A stretch of 64,000 nucleotides of DNA, taken from Nitrospirota bacterium. GTDB taxonomy: Bacteria > Nitrospirota > UBA9217. The notes beneath the pieces were generated by a model. The model was given only the letters and a program-made list of their open reading frames with translations, had not been told where the DNA came from and made no database searches. Shown in pieces: positions 32,446-42,682 of the stretch. Position 1 is the stretch's first letter; each line of letters opens with the position of its first letter. Location: assembly GCA_963754875.1 (NCBI GenBank), contig CAVWHO010000020.1, positions 401,405 to 465,404 on the forward strand, read 5' to 3'. The position numbers were made by a program, and so were the translations under genes.

Positions 32446-33076
32446 TTCAGAGGCTTTCTCCTGAACTATGCACTCAGTGCTGTATTGCCAGGGGTGTAAC
32501 TTTTAACCAGAAGTATTCACGTAGCTTCTACACGTTCGGGTCTAGCTTGGGGAGCCAAAGACTACGATACGTGACACCTTTACCTATAAGACGCATCGGA
32601 ACCTGTTTCGCTTTATAGTTTGACTCTCCGGACTAAGCACAGTAAGCTAGCACTACCCTAAACATTCCACATCATCTACTCTGTCCCAGCGATTGTCTAA
32701 GAGCCTTTATTGTGAAGATATCATTTGACACGACAATCGAACGTGTTTAAAATTTTAAATCAAGCGCAATGAATTTTCAGGCCGCCGTGTTGCCGAAACG
32801 GGTGCGATCACGTCTTTATAATAATTTTTATAAGCTGAATCATTTTCATTGATTCTGGCACCATCAATATTTCATCAAAATTTACTAACGAAGAACGTCT
32901 AATGAAGCACGTTGATATACCAATTTTACCGCTACATATTGGAATACGTTAACAGAGGTAATCTGGTATGTAGATGCATTAAATGATAGATAACACTCAG
33001 TGAATATTAGAATCAACGAGCACTCATCTAACGATATTTAATCGGGGGCTGCTCAATCACTTATAGTGGGAGAACA

Positions 33077-33463
33077 ATGCGAATCATATCATTGATAGCC
33101 ATAATGACAATTATGCTATTCTCTTGCAGCAATAGTGAGCAGGGGGCGCCATATGACCGCGCCGGCGTAGATCAGAGGTATCAGACTGTATATAATCTCA
33201 CCCAAGATCTCTCTTGCACCGATTCCTCCGTATGCCTAAGCATAGGTATCGGATCAAAGCCTTGTGGTGGCCCTTGGCGCTATCTAGTGTATTCAGCAGC
33301 AACAGTGGATCCAGAGAAATTAAATGCCGCAGTTGCCGATCTGGATGCCTATGAGGCCGGGTACAATCAGCAAGAGGGACTCATTTCGGATTGTAGCTTT
33401 CCCCCTCTTGCAAATCCGAGTTGCGTGAATTCTAATTGCGTTGATCTAAATGCAACACAATAA
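33077..33463 (+). CDS. Cys-rich lipoprotein
   Basis: Lipobox LFSC; 'IGSKPCGGPWRYLVYS'. Confidence 0.75.
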   Translation: MRIISLIAIMTIMLFSCSNSEQGAPYDRAGVDQRYQTVYNLTQDLSCTDSSVCLSIGIGSKPCGGPWRYLVYSAATVDPEKLNAAVADLDAYEAGYNQQEGLISDCSFPPLANPSCVNSNCVDLNATQ

Positions 33464-33561
33464 TTGTTTGAGCGTGTCGTTAAATAGTCAGCACTCCATC
33501 CTGTACTGTACACACTTGACGATTTGATCGATGTGTAAGTTTGAATTAGTATGTTAGAACA

Positions 33562-33801
33562 ATGCAAAATGATACTTCTAAAATAATTATTGCAGGCATC
33601 TTATTAATAGGCGCAGGCGGCTTTTTAATAGCATACGGAATAAAAGGCGGACTGTTTGATAAAAAAATCCTTGCTAATTATTGGTCAAAATCGTATGCAA
33701 CTGGTCCTGAAGCTGTTAGACGTGGTTGGTTCTATATCTCACTCGGAGCTATCATAATTGCAGTGTATCTTCTCGCGCTCATAAAAACATTTAAGGCTTA
33801 G
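33562..33801 (+). CDS. Small 2-TM hypothetical protein
   Basis: Two hydrophobic segments. Confidence 0.6.
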   Translation: MQNDTSKIIIAGILLIGAGGFLIAYGIKGGLFDKKILANYWSKSYATGPEAVRRGWFYISLGAIIIAVYLLALIKTFKA

Positions 33802-34080
33802 GATGAGGACTACTTGATGGGTCGTTCCGTCATGCGATGTCCTTCCTGAAGCAAACGAGTTGCCAGCCTTTGCAATATGCTAATTTACAACCTGAACTTT
33901 TCATGCATCTACTCTGAAATAACCCCATCAACCACATTCACACATTCATCACATTCGTTTGACATTCTCTTAGATCCGGCATATATTCGTATCGAATTAA
34001 GTCTGTTAATAAATGGTTTGCATTGCCGAAATTCATCTGCAATGTTTTACGACTTTTCACGGCGGAAAGAAAGGGCAGAC

Positions 34081-34578
34081 ATGAAACAACAATGGAAAGC
34101 CATATTCAATTGTTGTCTAATAATATTTGTTTGTTGCTTGTTAAATGGATGTGCTTTTCTTATAAAAGGAGTGGTGCCCGAGCCAGTTCAAATAGCGTCA
34201 ATCCCATCAGGTGCTACATGCGAAGTTTATAACAAATTAACCAGAGAAAAAATATCCACGTTGACGACTCCAACCACCATTTTGCTGGAGAAGAGCCGTG
34301 GATATTTTAAACCTTCGTCTTATCAGATATCATGCATTCTAGATAAACAACAACCACAAGAAGCACTGATAGAAGGAAGCATAAGTGGCTGGTATTGGGG
34401 AAACCTCGCTTTTGGTGGTTTGATCGGAATGCTCCTCGTAGATCCGGCTTCAGGTGCGATGTGGACGTTAGAACCGGATACTGTCCTTGTCAACTATGAA
34501 GACCCGAGTAAATCCATATTGAACGGTTCATCGTATCGAATTACTGATCGAGGATTTCGCACGCGTGAAAATAGATAG
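34081..34578 (+). CDS. Lipoprotein (PEGA-like N-region)
   Basis: Lipobox LNGC; 'SIPSGA','WYWGNLAFGGLIGMLLVDPASGAMW'. Confidence 0.75.
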   Translation: MKQQWKAIFNCCLIIFVCCLLNGCAFLIKGVVPEPVQIASIPSGATCEVYNKLTREKISTLTTPTTILLEKSRGYFKPSSYQISCILDKQQPQEALIEGSISGWYWGNLAFGGLIGMLLVDPASGAMWTLEPDTVLVNYEDPSKSILNGSSYRITDRGFRTRENR

Positions 34579-34833
34579 ACTTCTTAAGCTTTTGGTAACA
34601 TCTCAGGAGATTGATGCTGACACCTGAGATGTGTTCTACGAGTATCATGAGGCAGTATAGCATTCAGCCATCTGATTAAATCTGACCCGATATCCATGTT
34701 CCAATTTGAATTTTCCATTCAAGTCTGCATCCTGAATAGTGCATTTTTGGAAATTTGGCAACAGGTGTAATTTTCAACTCGAACAGCGTGTGCGCCGCAC
34801 ATGCGTCGGGAGTGTAAAAAAGAGGAAAGAGCT

Positions 34834-35256
34834 ATGAAAAGAAAATTTTTTTATCTTTTCTGTGGAGCAATATCTTTAGCCTTTTGCATTTTTGCCTGCT
34901 CTGGGACGACTAGTAACACGCCGGCTGGCGGGCCATGTACTTATAACGATATACCGGGAACTGCGACTATTATTTCAAACACGACGCCAACGAACTCAAT
35001 TAGCTGTTTTAACAATCCTGTAGAAGTGGTATACAACTTCGCTCCTACCGATCCTAATGCTGCCAATAATTATCGTTTTTCAAATTGGCTTGATACTGGT
35101 CAGATTTTTTTAATTTATGGACTTAATCCGTCATCCAGTTGTGTTGCAAGTCAAAATTTAATTACTGGATCTACACATTCGGCCATCAGGAAAGAAGGGG
35201 TGACTGGTACTTGTACACCTGTCGTCTTTGAAATTACTGATGTTAACATAACTTAG
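34834..35256 (+). CDS. Hypothetical lipoprotein
   Basis: Lipobox IFAC; 'GGPCTY','GTCTPVVFE'. Confidence 0.7.
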   Translation: MKRKFFYLFCGAISLAFCIFACSGTTSNTPAGGPCTYNDIPGTATIISNTTPTNSISCFNNPVEVVYNFAPTDPNAANNYRFSNWLDTGQIFLIYGLNPSSSCVASQNLITGSTHSAIRKEGVTGTCTPVVFEITDVNIT

Positions 35257-35394
35257 TGCGATAGTACCTGTAATTAAGTCTGTGAAGTGCGTCTGATCAA
35301 AGAACTAATCCATCCTGGAGTCGCAAATCGCGACCTTTTGACCTGACGTATTACTTTGAAGTAGAAATTAGCAAACGATTTAAAGTGAAATAAC

Positions 35395-35613
35395 ATGTCT
35401 GGAAGATCAGCGGTTAAATTTATAGAGCTTCTTATTGCATTGGCAATAACTGCATTGGTTTTGTTTGCTATTCGCTTAAAAACAGAAAAGCCTTGGCCGG
35501 TGATTTTAAAAGCTACCGATCGATTTTCTCGATACATTGAAATAGCAACTGTTATCTTCTTGCTGTTAATATTCGCAACATTCTTTTTTATAAATAACGG
35601 ATTCTTTCGTTAA
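35395..35613 (+). CDS. Small membrane hypothetical protein
   Basis: Two TM segments. Confidence 0.5.
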   Translation: MSGRSAVKFIELLIALAITALVLFAIRLKTEKPWPVILKATDRFSRYIEIATVIFLLLIFATFFFINNGFFR

Positions 35614-35800
35614 TTTCGTCACCAAGATTCTCCTGTAGTCGTGGAGTTTCCATTTTCAGCAACAGTGTTTGTATTCCGGTGAATCCGACCCCTGATTCCG
35701 AAGTTATGCGACCCCGCGTTCCGCTTCAAAGCGACCCCTCCGCTAATTGGGCTGACCAGGCGCTGGGCTGAAGCTACTATCTCACAGGGATTTTGACTTG

Positions 35801-36541
35801 TCAACGCTTGATAGATGATTTGCTCTTTCTCATTGACTCTCCTTTCAGTTCTATTTTGTAAGCATTGTGTACCAGACGATCCATGATAGCGTCAGCTAAG
35901 GTCGGGTCGGCCAGGATATCATGCCAGTGCTTTACGGGCATTTGCGTAGTTATGAGAGTTGACCGGCGATCATAGCGGTCCTCGATAATTTCCAGAAGAT
36001 CTCTTTGCTGTTCCGTCGTAAGCGGAGCAAGTCCGAAGTCGTCGAGGACAAGAAGGTCTGCTTTAAGAAGAGACTTCATCAGTTTTCGATATCGCCCGTC
36101 ATGATGAGAAAGTGCCAGATCTTCCAAGAGTCGTGGCAGCCTTTGATACACGACGGCATGACCGTCCCGGCAGGCCTTATGGGACAGGGCGCAAGCAAGG
36201 TAGCTCTTGCCCACGCCGGTCGGGCCGATGATGAGCAGATTGTGGTGCTCGGTAATCCATTTGTTCGACGCAAGCGACAGAATGAGCGATTTGTCCAGCC
36301 CTCGAGGCTGACGGAAGTCGATGTCTTCAACAGACGCCGAGATTCTCAGTTTTGCAGCTCGTAAGCGCGTAACAAGTCGTCTGTTCTCTCGTTCAGTCAG
36401 CTCTCGGTCAATGAGGAGCCCAAGGCGCTCCTCGAAGCTTAGGGCAGTTGCCTTTTGATTCTGTACTTGTTCACGCAGGGCTTTTGCCATGCCAAAAAGA
36501 CGGAGTTGTTCGATCTTGTCGAGTGTGGGATGCGCTAACAT
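35801..36541 (-). CDS. istB: IS21 helper ATPase IstB
   Basis: Near-identical to 6850-7590. Confidence 0.95.
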   Translation of the reverse strand: MLAHPTLDKIEQLRLFGMAKALREQVQNQKATALSFEERLGLLIDRELTERENRRLVTRLRAAKLRISASVEDIDFRQPRGLDKSLILSLASNKWITEHHNLLIIGPTGVGKSYLACALSHKACRDGHAVVYQRLPRLLEDLALSHHDGRYRKLMKSLLKADLLVLDDFGLAPLTTEQQRDLLEIIEDRYDRRSTLITTQMPVKHWHDILADPTLADAIMDRLVHNAYKIELKGESMRKSKSSIKR

Positions 36542-36558
36542 AATGATCTCCTTTGAGG

Positions 36559-38100
36559 TTAGTTATAGTATTCGCGGCCACGGATATTGCTGTGAGTGAT
36601 CACCGGTGATGCAGGCCTCGACTCCGGCAATGGCTTTTTGTCCAAGCCGGTTTGAAGGATGGATTTGACGCTTCCGAAGCTGGTGCCCCCGATGGCGAGT
36701 GCCCTTTTGCAGGCAGCCTCAACGCGTTCTTTGCCAAACTTCTTGGAAAGGGTGATGATTCCCATGCAGGAGCGAAAGCCTTGTTGCGGATGAAGCTTCT
36801 TTGCGAGAATGGCCGTAACCAGCTCTGCCGTTGATTTGCCGGTTTCCGACGCCCAGCGTATCAGGCGCTCTGGGGTCCAGTCAGCATAGTCCCGATGGGA
36901 CTTCGGCATGTGCTCGGCAAGGGTCGTATGTCTTCCCTTGGCATAAGACCGGATATGTGAGGCCACCCGTTTGTTGTGAAAGAAGACTTCCACAATCGAT
37001 TCCGTTAGCCGTACATCCAGGTATTCATTGCGAAGCTGATAGGGTACGCTGTAATAATGGTCATTGACTTCGACATGGTAATCGATACCGGACCGTTTTT
37101 TTATTTTCCATTCCGCGTATTCGAAGAAAATCGCAGGCAAAGGCTGTAGTGCCGGTTTATCGATCTCCAAAAACCGGCCCATACGGCTGCCGGAGAGCTT
37201 CTTGAAGGGCCGGTTATTGAGTCTATCCAGCAGTTCCCGGATAGCGGCATTGAGCTCTGCAAGGCTGAAAAAGGTGCGGTTCCTGAGGGCAGCCAGGATC
37301 CACCGCTGCACCAGGAGGACCCCGGCTTCTACTTTCGCTTTGTCTTTGGGCTTTCTGACACGGGCCGGAATGACCGCGGCCCCATAATGAACCGCAAGCT
37401 CTTGATAGGTGCGATTGACGCCTGGCTCATAGCGACAGGCCTTGGTGATGCCGGAGAGGAGATTGTCGGGGACCAGGATTTCAGGGACACCGTCGATAAA
37501 CTGCAGCGCCCTAACATGGGAGCCGATCCAGTCCGGCAGACCCTGCGTGTATGTTGCTTCGGCATATGTAAAGTTGCTGGCGCCCAAGACAGCGACGAAG
37601 ATCTGGCAGTCGTGCATCTCTCCAGTGGATTTGTCGATTACCGGGACTGTTTGACCGCAGTAGTCTACAAATAGCTTCTCTCCCGCGTAATGCACCTGGC
37701 GCATGGAGATATCGAGCTTTTTTGCATAAGCTCGGTAGAGTTCCGCGAAGAAAGAATATTGATATCCGTCCGGATATTGCGCTTTGTACTCGTCCCACAG
37801 AAGCGTCAGGGTAACGCTTTTACGTGCAAGCTCGCGGTGGACGTCCTCCCAGACCGGAAGCGGGCGCGGGGAATCGGAAAGAATTACAGGTGGGAAGAGA
37901 AGATGCTCAAGAGCGGCGTCGTCCAGTTCTGCCGGCAGAGGCCATGATAGGCTGGCCTTCTCTGCTCGCCTCAAATACTCGATAACCGTGCTCTTGGCGA
38001 TGCCACAGCTTTTGGCGATGGCACGGCGACCCAGGCCGCAGGACCATTTTAGGCGTAAGACTTCTTTGATTGTTCGCATAGGTATTCTTTCTCTCGTCAT
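36559..38100 (-). CDS. istA: IS21 transposase IstA
   Basis: Highly similar to 7609-9150. Confidence 0.95.
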   Translation of the reverse strand: MTRERIPMRTIKEVLRLKWSCGLGRRAIAKSCGIAKSTVIEYLRRAEKASLSWPLPAELDDAALEHLLFPPVILSDSPRPLPVWEDVHRELARKSVTLTLLWDEYKAQYPDGYQYSFFAELYRAYAKKLDISMRQVHYAGEKLFVDYCGQTVPVIDKSTGEMHDCQIFVAVLGASNFTYAEATYTQGLPDWIGSHVRALQFIDGVPEILVPDNLLSGITKACRYEPGVNRTYQELAVHYGAAVIPARVRKPKDKAKVEAGVLLVQRWILAALRNRTFFSLAELNAAIRELLDRLNNRPFKKLSGSRMGRFLEIDKPALQPLPAIFFEYAEWKIKKRSGIDYHVEVNDHYYSVPYQLRNEYLDVRLTESIVEVFFHNKRVASHIRSYAKGRHTTLAEHMPKSHRDYADWTPERLIRWASETGKSTAELVTAILAKKLHPQQGFRSCMGIITLSKKFGKERVEAACKRALAIGGTSFGSVKSILQTGLDKKPLPESRPASPVITHSNIRGREYYN

Positions 38101-38526
38101 CCGGATCTCCTCAGAGGCGTATTTGAAGGAGGCAGGATATACGAATTTATAGAATTTACCCAGCGTCGATTTGTGGATTAGCGAATGACCGAATTGAATC
38201 GGAATGGTGGGTCGGATACCACCGGAATCGTGGGTCGGATTAAAACGGAATCAGGGGTCGGATAACAGCGGAATGGTGGGTCGGTTAGGACCGGAATACT
38301 CAAACAGTGTAGTTATCACTCTGTAGTCGATAACTGCATGCCCCGAAAATACACCAATTTTGTTCTTCCCTTTCACCGCATCTTTTTTTATACTACAAAA
38401 TGAGATGACATAAGTGCCCGACCTGCTCATTGTGGAACTGGATTGCGCAATTTTCGAGGGGGGTGCTGAGTACAGGGGCTGCTCAATAAAGAGTTGGGCC
38501 TCATAAATAACAAGGAGTGCATAGAA

Positions 38527-39237
38527 ATGGTCTTAACACGATCTCAAGCGCAAACCTTTTACGACCGCTTCGGAAGAAGACAGGATGCACAGGCTTTTTA
38601 TGAAGATGCAGCCTTAGATGACTTGATCGCCCATGCTGCATTCGAAAAAGCAGAAAACGTTTTCGAGCTTGGGTGCGGTACGGGCCGCTTCGCACACCGC
38701 CTGCTGTCAAAGCATCTGCCTCCCCTCGCTACGTATTTTGGCATCGACCTAAGTCAGACAATGACGGATCTTGCGGGGGAACGAATATCATTATTCGGAG
38801 AGCGTGCTAAAGTAGCTCGATCAGACGGCTCCATGCGCTTTCCGCTTTCCAATCGTTCAGTCGATCGAATCGTCTCGACCTATGTGCTTGACCTCCTGTC
38901 GGACACAGACACCCGAGAAGCAATATCCGAAGCGAGCCGGGTACTCAGGCCGAGCGGAAAGCTATGCTTAGTGAGTCTCACAAACGGTGTTACGTTTTCA
39001 TCGCGGATCGTTTCTACGCTATGGTCGGCCGTATTTGGTTTGTACGCGCCCTTGGCAGGAGGCTGTCGACCAATTAAGCTCGATTCTTACTTTGATCACC
39101 AAAGTTGGTCGATAGATTATCGAAACGTGGTCACCCAGTTTGGGGTGCCATCAGAGGTGCTTATTGCAAGTCTCAAAGGCTCGCCCAACAAGACGTTCAA
39201 AGCGGACGTCAATCCTGCGGAAGGAGGTAACCTGTGA
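38527..39237 (+). CDS. Class I SAM-dependent methyltransferase
   Basis: 'FELGCGTG','GIDLS','RVLRPSGKL'. Confidence 0.9.
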   Translation: MVLTRSQAQTFYDRFGRRQDAQAFYEDAALDDLIAHAAFEKAENVFELGCGTGRFAHRLLSKHLPPLATYFGIDLSQTMTDLAGERISLFGERAKVARSDGSMRFPLSNRSVDRIVSTYVLDLLSDTDTREAISEASRVLRPSGKLCLVSLTNGVTFSSRIVSTLWSAVFGLYAPLAGGCRPIKLDSYFDHQSWSIDYRNVVTQFGVPSEVLIASLKGSPNKTFKADVNPAEGGNL

Positions 39238-40013
39238 TTTCCAGTGCTAAGCTGCTGTTTGTGATAGTCGCTAGCTCAGCGTTGCTCGCCGCTCGAAATA
39301 TCGGGTTTGCCTCACCCGATCCAACCGCGCTGGTCAAGGCCGCGCTGCATCACTGGCGCGGTTACAGTTCCTACACGGAAGTGGAGATGACCATTCACCG
39401 GCCCGCGTGGCAGCGCAGCATGGTCATGGCAGCCTGGACCCGGGGCGACGCGGATTCATTGGTACGCTTTACGAAACCGGCAGGGGACGCGGGGAATGCG
39501 ACCCTGAAGCTCGGCCAGTCGCTCTGGCTCTTTAACCCGAAACTGAGCCAGGTCATCCAGATACCATTTTCCATGATGGCGCAGAACTGGATGGGGTCTG
39601 ATTTTTCCTACAATGATTTCGCCAAGTCTGACCAGGTGGTGACCGACTATTCGCACAGCCTGGGCCCAATCGAAAAAAGCGGGGACCACACGATCTACAC
39701 CGTGGTTTGTCTGCCCAAGCCGGGCGCTCCGATCGTGTGGGGCAAGCAGGAACTCAAAGTCCGCGACGACGATGTCCTGATTGCGGAGACGTTCTTTGAC
39801 CAGGACATGAAGCCGGTGCGCAGGCTCGAAACAACGAAGATCGCGCCGCTGGGAGGCATGCCCTATCCTGTGATGATGCGCATGAGCACGCTGGATAAGC
39901 CCGGGCAGTGGACGGAGATGCGGTATACGCAAGGCGCCTTCAACATCGCTTTGCCGGATTATCTGTTCACGCTTTCCAACCTGCGGAATCCCCGGCACTG
40001 GAGCGCGCCATGA
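39234..40013 (+). CDS. Outer-membrane lipoprotein-sorting (LolA-like) protein
   Basis: 'WMGSDFSYND', 'FTLSNLRNP'; signal peptide. Confidence 0.85.
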   Translation: MISSAKLLFVIVASSALLAARNIGFASPDPTALVKAALHHWRGYSSYTEVEMTIHRPAWQRSMVMAAWTRGDADSLVRFTKPAGDAGNATLKLGQSLWLFNPKLSQVIQIPFSMMAQNWMGSDFSYNDFAKSDQVVTDYSHSLGPIEKSGDHTIYTVVCLPKPGAPIVWGKQELKVRDDDVLIAETFFDQDMKPVRRLETTKIAPLGGMPYPVMMRMSTLDKPGQWTEMRYTQGAFNIALPDYLFTLSNLRNPRHWSAP

Positions 40014-41230
40014 TCGCGCTTGCCTGGCGCAATATCTGGCGACAGCCGCGGCGAACGCTCCTGACCGTGTCTGCCATCGCCTTTGCCTGCATGATCATGG
40101 TCTTCCTGCTCGCCCTGCAGGTGGGGACCTATGCAGGCATGGAGGACAACAGCCTGAGCCTGTTCGACGGGTATGCCCAGATCCAGAAGCCGGGATACCT
40201 GGATGACCCCGGCATCGACAAATCCTTTGTCTTCCCTGAAACGCTTGTGCAAGAGATCGGCAAGGTTCCCGGCATCACCGTTGTGGCAGGCCGGGCGCAG
40301 ACCTATGCTTTGCTGACCAGGACCAATACGCAGCGCAGCATGGCAGCGATGATCGTGGGCGTGCAGCCGGATATCGAACAGCGCGTTTCGCGTCTCGCCA
40401 ACTCGATTAGAAACGGCCGCTATCTGCAGGACAACGCAGCCGAAGCAGTGCTGGGCGAGGCGCTTGCACGAAACCTCGATGTCCGGCCCGGCGACAGCGT
40501 GACGCTGCTCGGCATGGGTCGGGACGGGTCCGTGGCCGCGGACGTACTGATCGTCGCGGGAATCTTCTCGAGCGGGGTGCAGGATCTCGATCGACAAGTG
40601 GTGGAAATCCCGCTCAGCCGATTTCAGGCTGATTTCGCCATGCCCGGAGAAATTCACAGTCTGGTCATCTCCGGACCATCTCTTGCTTCCGTTGACCGCG
40701 GCCTGCCGGCCCTTCGCAGCCTCACGGAACAACGCAATTTGCGCGTGCTGAATTGGGGAGAACTCGAACCCGGCCTTAAGGACGCGATCCGCCTCGATGC
40801 CAGCAGCTCGATGCTTTGGTATGTCGTCCTTATCGTCGTGGTGATTGCGATCCTGCTGAACACCATCCTGATGTCGATCCTGGAACGGACCCGCGAATTC
40901 GGAATTATGCTGGCTCTCGGCATGCGGCCGTCAACCGTGGGCAGCATGGTCTGGATCGAGATCCTGATGCTCCTGCTCGTGGGACTCGCGGCCGGCATCG
41001 CAGTCGGCGCATCAGCAGCAGGATGGTTCGCAATCCATGGAATCGCGCTTCCCGGAGCCGAAGGCGCATTTGCCCAGTGGGGCATGCCCGGCAAGCTCTA
41101 TCCGAAGCTCACGCTCTTCAGCCTCTTTGCGGCGCCCGCGGCCATAGCCGTGTTCACCGCGGCGGCAGGCATCATCCCCTTTATCAGGCTTCGCAGGCTC
41201 GAACCGGTTGCCGCAATGAGGGCCACGTGA
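40010..41230 (+). CDS. ABC transporter permease (LolE/MacB-FtsX type)
   Basis: 'AWRNIWRQPRRT','MSILERTREFGIMLALG'. Confidence 0.9.
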   Translation: MIALAWRNIWRQPRRTLLTVSAIAFACMIMVFLLALQVGTYAGMEDNSLSLFDGYAQIQKPGYLDDPGIDKSFVFPETLVQEIGKVPGITVVAGRAQTYALLTRTNTQRSMAAMIVGVQPDIEQRVSRLANSIRNGRYLQDNAAEAVLGEALARNLDVRPGDSVTLLGMGRDGSVAADVLIVAGIFSSGVQDLDRQVVEIPLSRFQADFAMPGEIHSLVISGPSLASVDRGLPALRSLTEQRNLRVLNWGELEPGLKDAIRLDASSSMLWYVVLIVVVIAILLNTILMSILERTREFGIMLALGMRPSTVGSMVWIEILMLLLVGLAAGIAVGASAAGWFAIHGIALPGAEGAFAQWGMPGKLYPKLTLFSLFAAPAAIAVFTAAAGIIPFIRLRRLEPVAAMRAT

Positions 41231-42459
41231 TGGAAAAGTCCGGACTGCTCTTTTCGCTCGCCTGGAGAAATCTCTGGCGCAATCCGCGGCGGACCGCGCT
41301 GGTGCTGTTCGCCGTGGCAGTCGGCGTGTGGTCCATGCTGACCTGCACTGCGCTGCTCCAGGCATGGAACGCAAGCAGCCTCGACGCCGCGCTCAAAGAC
41401 ATGACCGGCCAGGGCCAGATTCACGGCCGGGGATATCTCGACGATCCCGGCGTGGGCCATCGCATGCCGTCTCCGTCAGGACCGCTGCTGGCGCTGCTGA
41501 AGGAGGCCGAGGTCATGCAGTGGGCGCCGCGCGTGCGAGTGCCTGCTGCAATCCAGAGCGAGTATGAGACCTGGCCTGTGAGCATGATAGGGATCGATCA
41601 AAAACAGGAGCAGGGCCTGTCGTTCATTGCCACAGCGGTGACCGAAGGCCAATCACTCGCAACCGGTCATGATCCGGCCATCCTGCTCGGGCGCAAACTG
41701 GCGAAGCGGCTGCATACCGCGATCAACAAGCGGGTCGTGCTCATGAGCCAGGACAGTTCAGGAGCCCTGGCCGAGCGCGGCTTCCGCGTCGTGGGATTGT
41801 TTTCCGCCGCGCCCGAGGCTGAAGACCGCTACGTATTCATCGGCATTGCGCAGGCGCAGGACATGCTCCGCATGGGCCACGACATTTCGGAGATCGCGTT
41901 CGATCTCCGCGACAGGACCGGACTTCCGGCTTTCATCACCCGACTCCGGCAAGCAGCCCCGGACCTGGATATCCAGTCTTGGGAAACGCTCCGTCCCCTG
42001 ACCAAGGCGATTACCCGGATGATGGACGGCTTTATCCAGGTCTGGATCGTGATCATGTTCGTGCTGATGGCGTTCGGGATCGTCAACACCCTCATGATGT
42101 CGCTCCATGAACGGGTGCGGGAACTGGCGCTGTTGCAGGCCCTGGGCCTGCGGCCCGGTCTCATCTTCGGCCAGGTTACGCTGGAATCCGCGCTCCTGGT
42201 CGTGCTGGGCATCGCGAGCGGAGCCGGCCTGGCGTTCGCAACGATACAGTTCTTCCACAACGGCCTCGACCTGGGGTTCCTTGCCCGGGGGGCCCAATGG
42301 TTCGGTGCGGGCAAGGTGCTCTACCCGCGGCTCACGGCATCGCAGTATATGGATATCGGGCTTCTCGTTTGGGTGTTGGGGATTCTCGCGGGTCTCCTGC
42401 CCACGTGGCGCATCGTGCGGCAGGTGCCCATGGAGGCTATCAGCAGGAGCACGACGTGA
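41230..42459 (+). CDS. ABC transporter permease (LolE/MacB-FtsX type)
   Basis: 'AWRNLWRNPRRT','ERVRELALLQALG'. Confidence 0.9.
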   Translation: MEKSGLLFSLAWRNLWRNPRRTALVLFAVAVGVWSMLTCTALLQAWNASSLDAALKDMTGQGQIHGRGYLDDPGVGHRMPSPSGPLLALLKEAEVMQWAPRVRVPAAIQSEYETWPVSMIGIDQKQEQGLSFIATAVTEGQSLATGHDPAILLGRKLAKRLHTAINKRVVLMSQDSSGALAERGFRVVGLFSAAPEAEDRYVFIGIAQAQDMLRMGHDISEIAFDLRDRTGLPAFITRLRQAAPDLDIQSWETLRPLTKAITRMMDGFIQVWIVIMFVLMAFGIVNTLMMSLHERVRELALLQALGLRPGLIFGQVTLESALLVVLGIASGAGLAFATIQFFHNGLDLGFLARGAQWFGAGKVLYPRLTASQYMDIGLLVWVLGILAGLLPTWRIVRQVPMEAISRSTT

Positions 42460-42533
42460 TGTTTTTAACATATTTTTCGATATGGCACCAAGAATTTTGA
42501 GCTGCGTTTTACGGCAAAGGCAAAAATCGATTT

Positions 42534-42609
42534 TCACACAAAGGCACGAAGCACACAAAGAAAGACTTTCAGACGCTTCACCCTTCGTGCTCTTTGTGTC
42601 TTCGTGTGA
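42534..42609. repeat. REP-like palindromic hairpin element
   Basis: CACACAAAGGCACGAAGCACACAAAG ... CTTCGTGCTCTTTGTGTCTTCGTGTG imperfect inverted repeat. Confidence 0.6.
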
Positions 42610-42682
42610 GATCGTTTCATGCTTTGCATTATTGAGTCCTTCGCGATGAACGATTTCGACGTAACGTGGACAGGAGCCCTTT

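Larger units (their letters stand above)
35668..38302 (-). mobile_element. IS21-family insertion sequence, copy 2
   Basis: istA+istB; ends TTTGTATTCCGG / CCGGAATACTCA; target duplication AACAGTG at 35661-35667 and 38303-38309. Confidence 0.95.
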
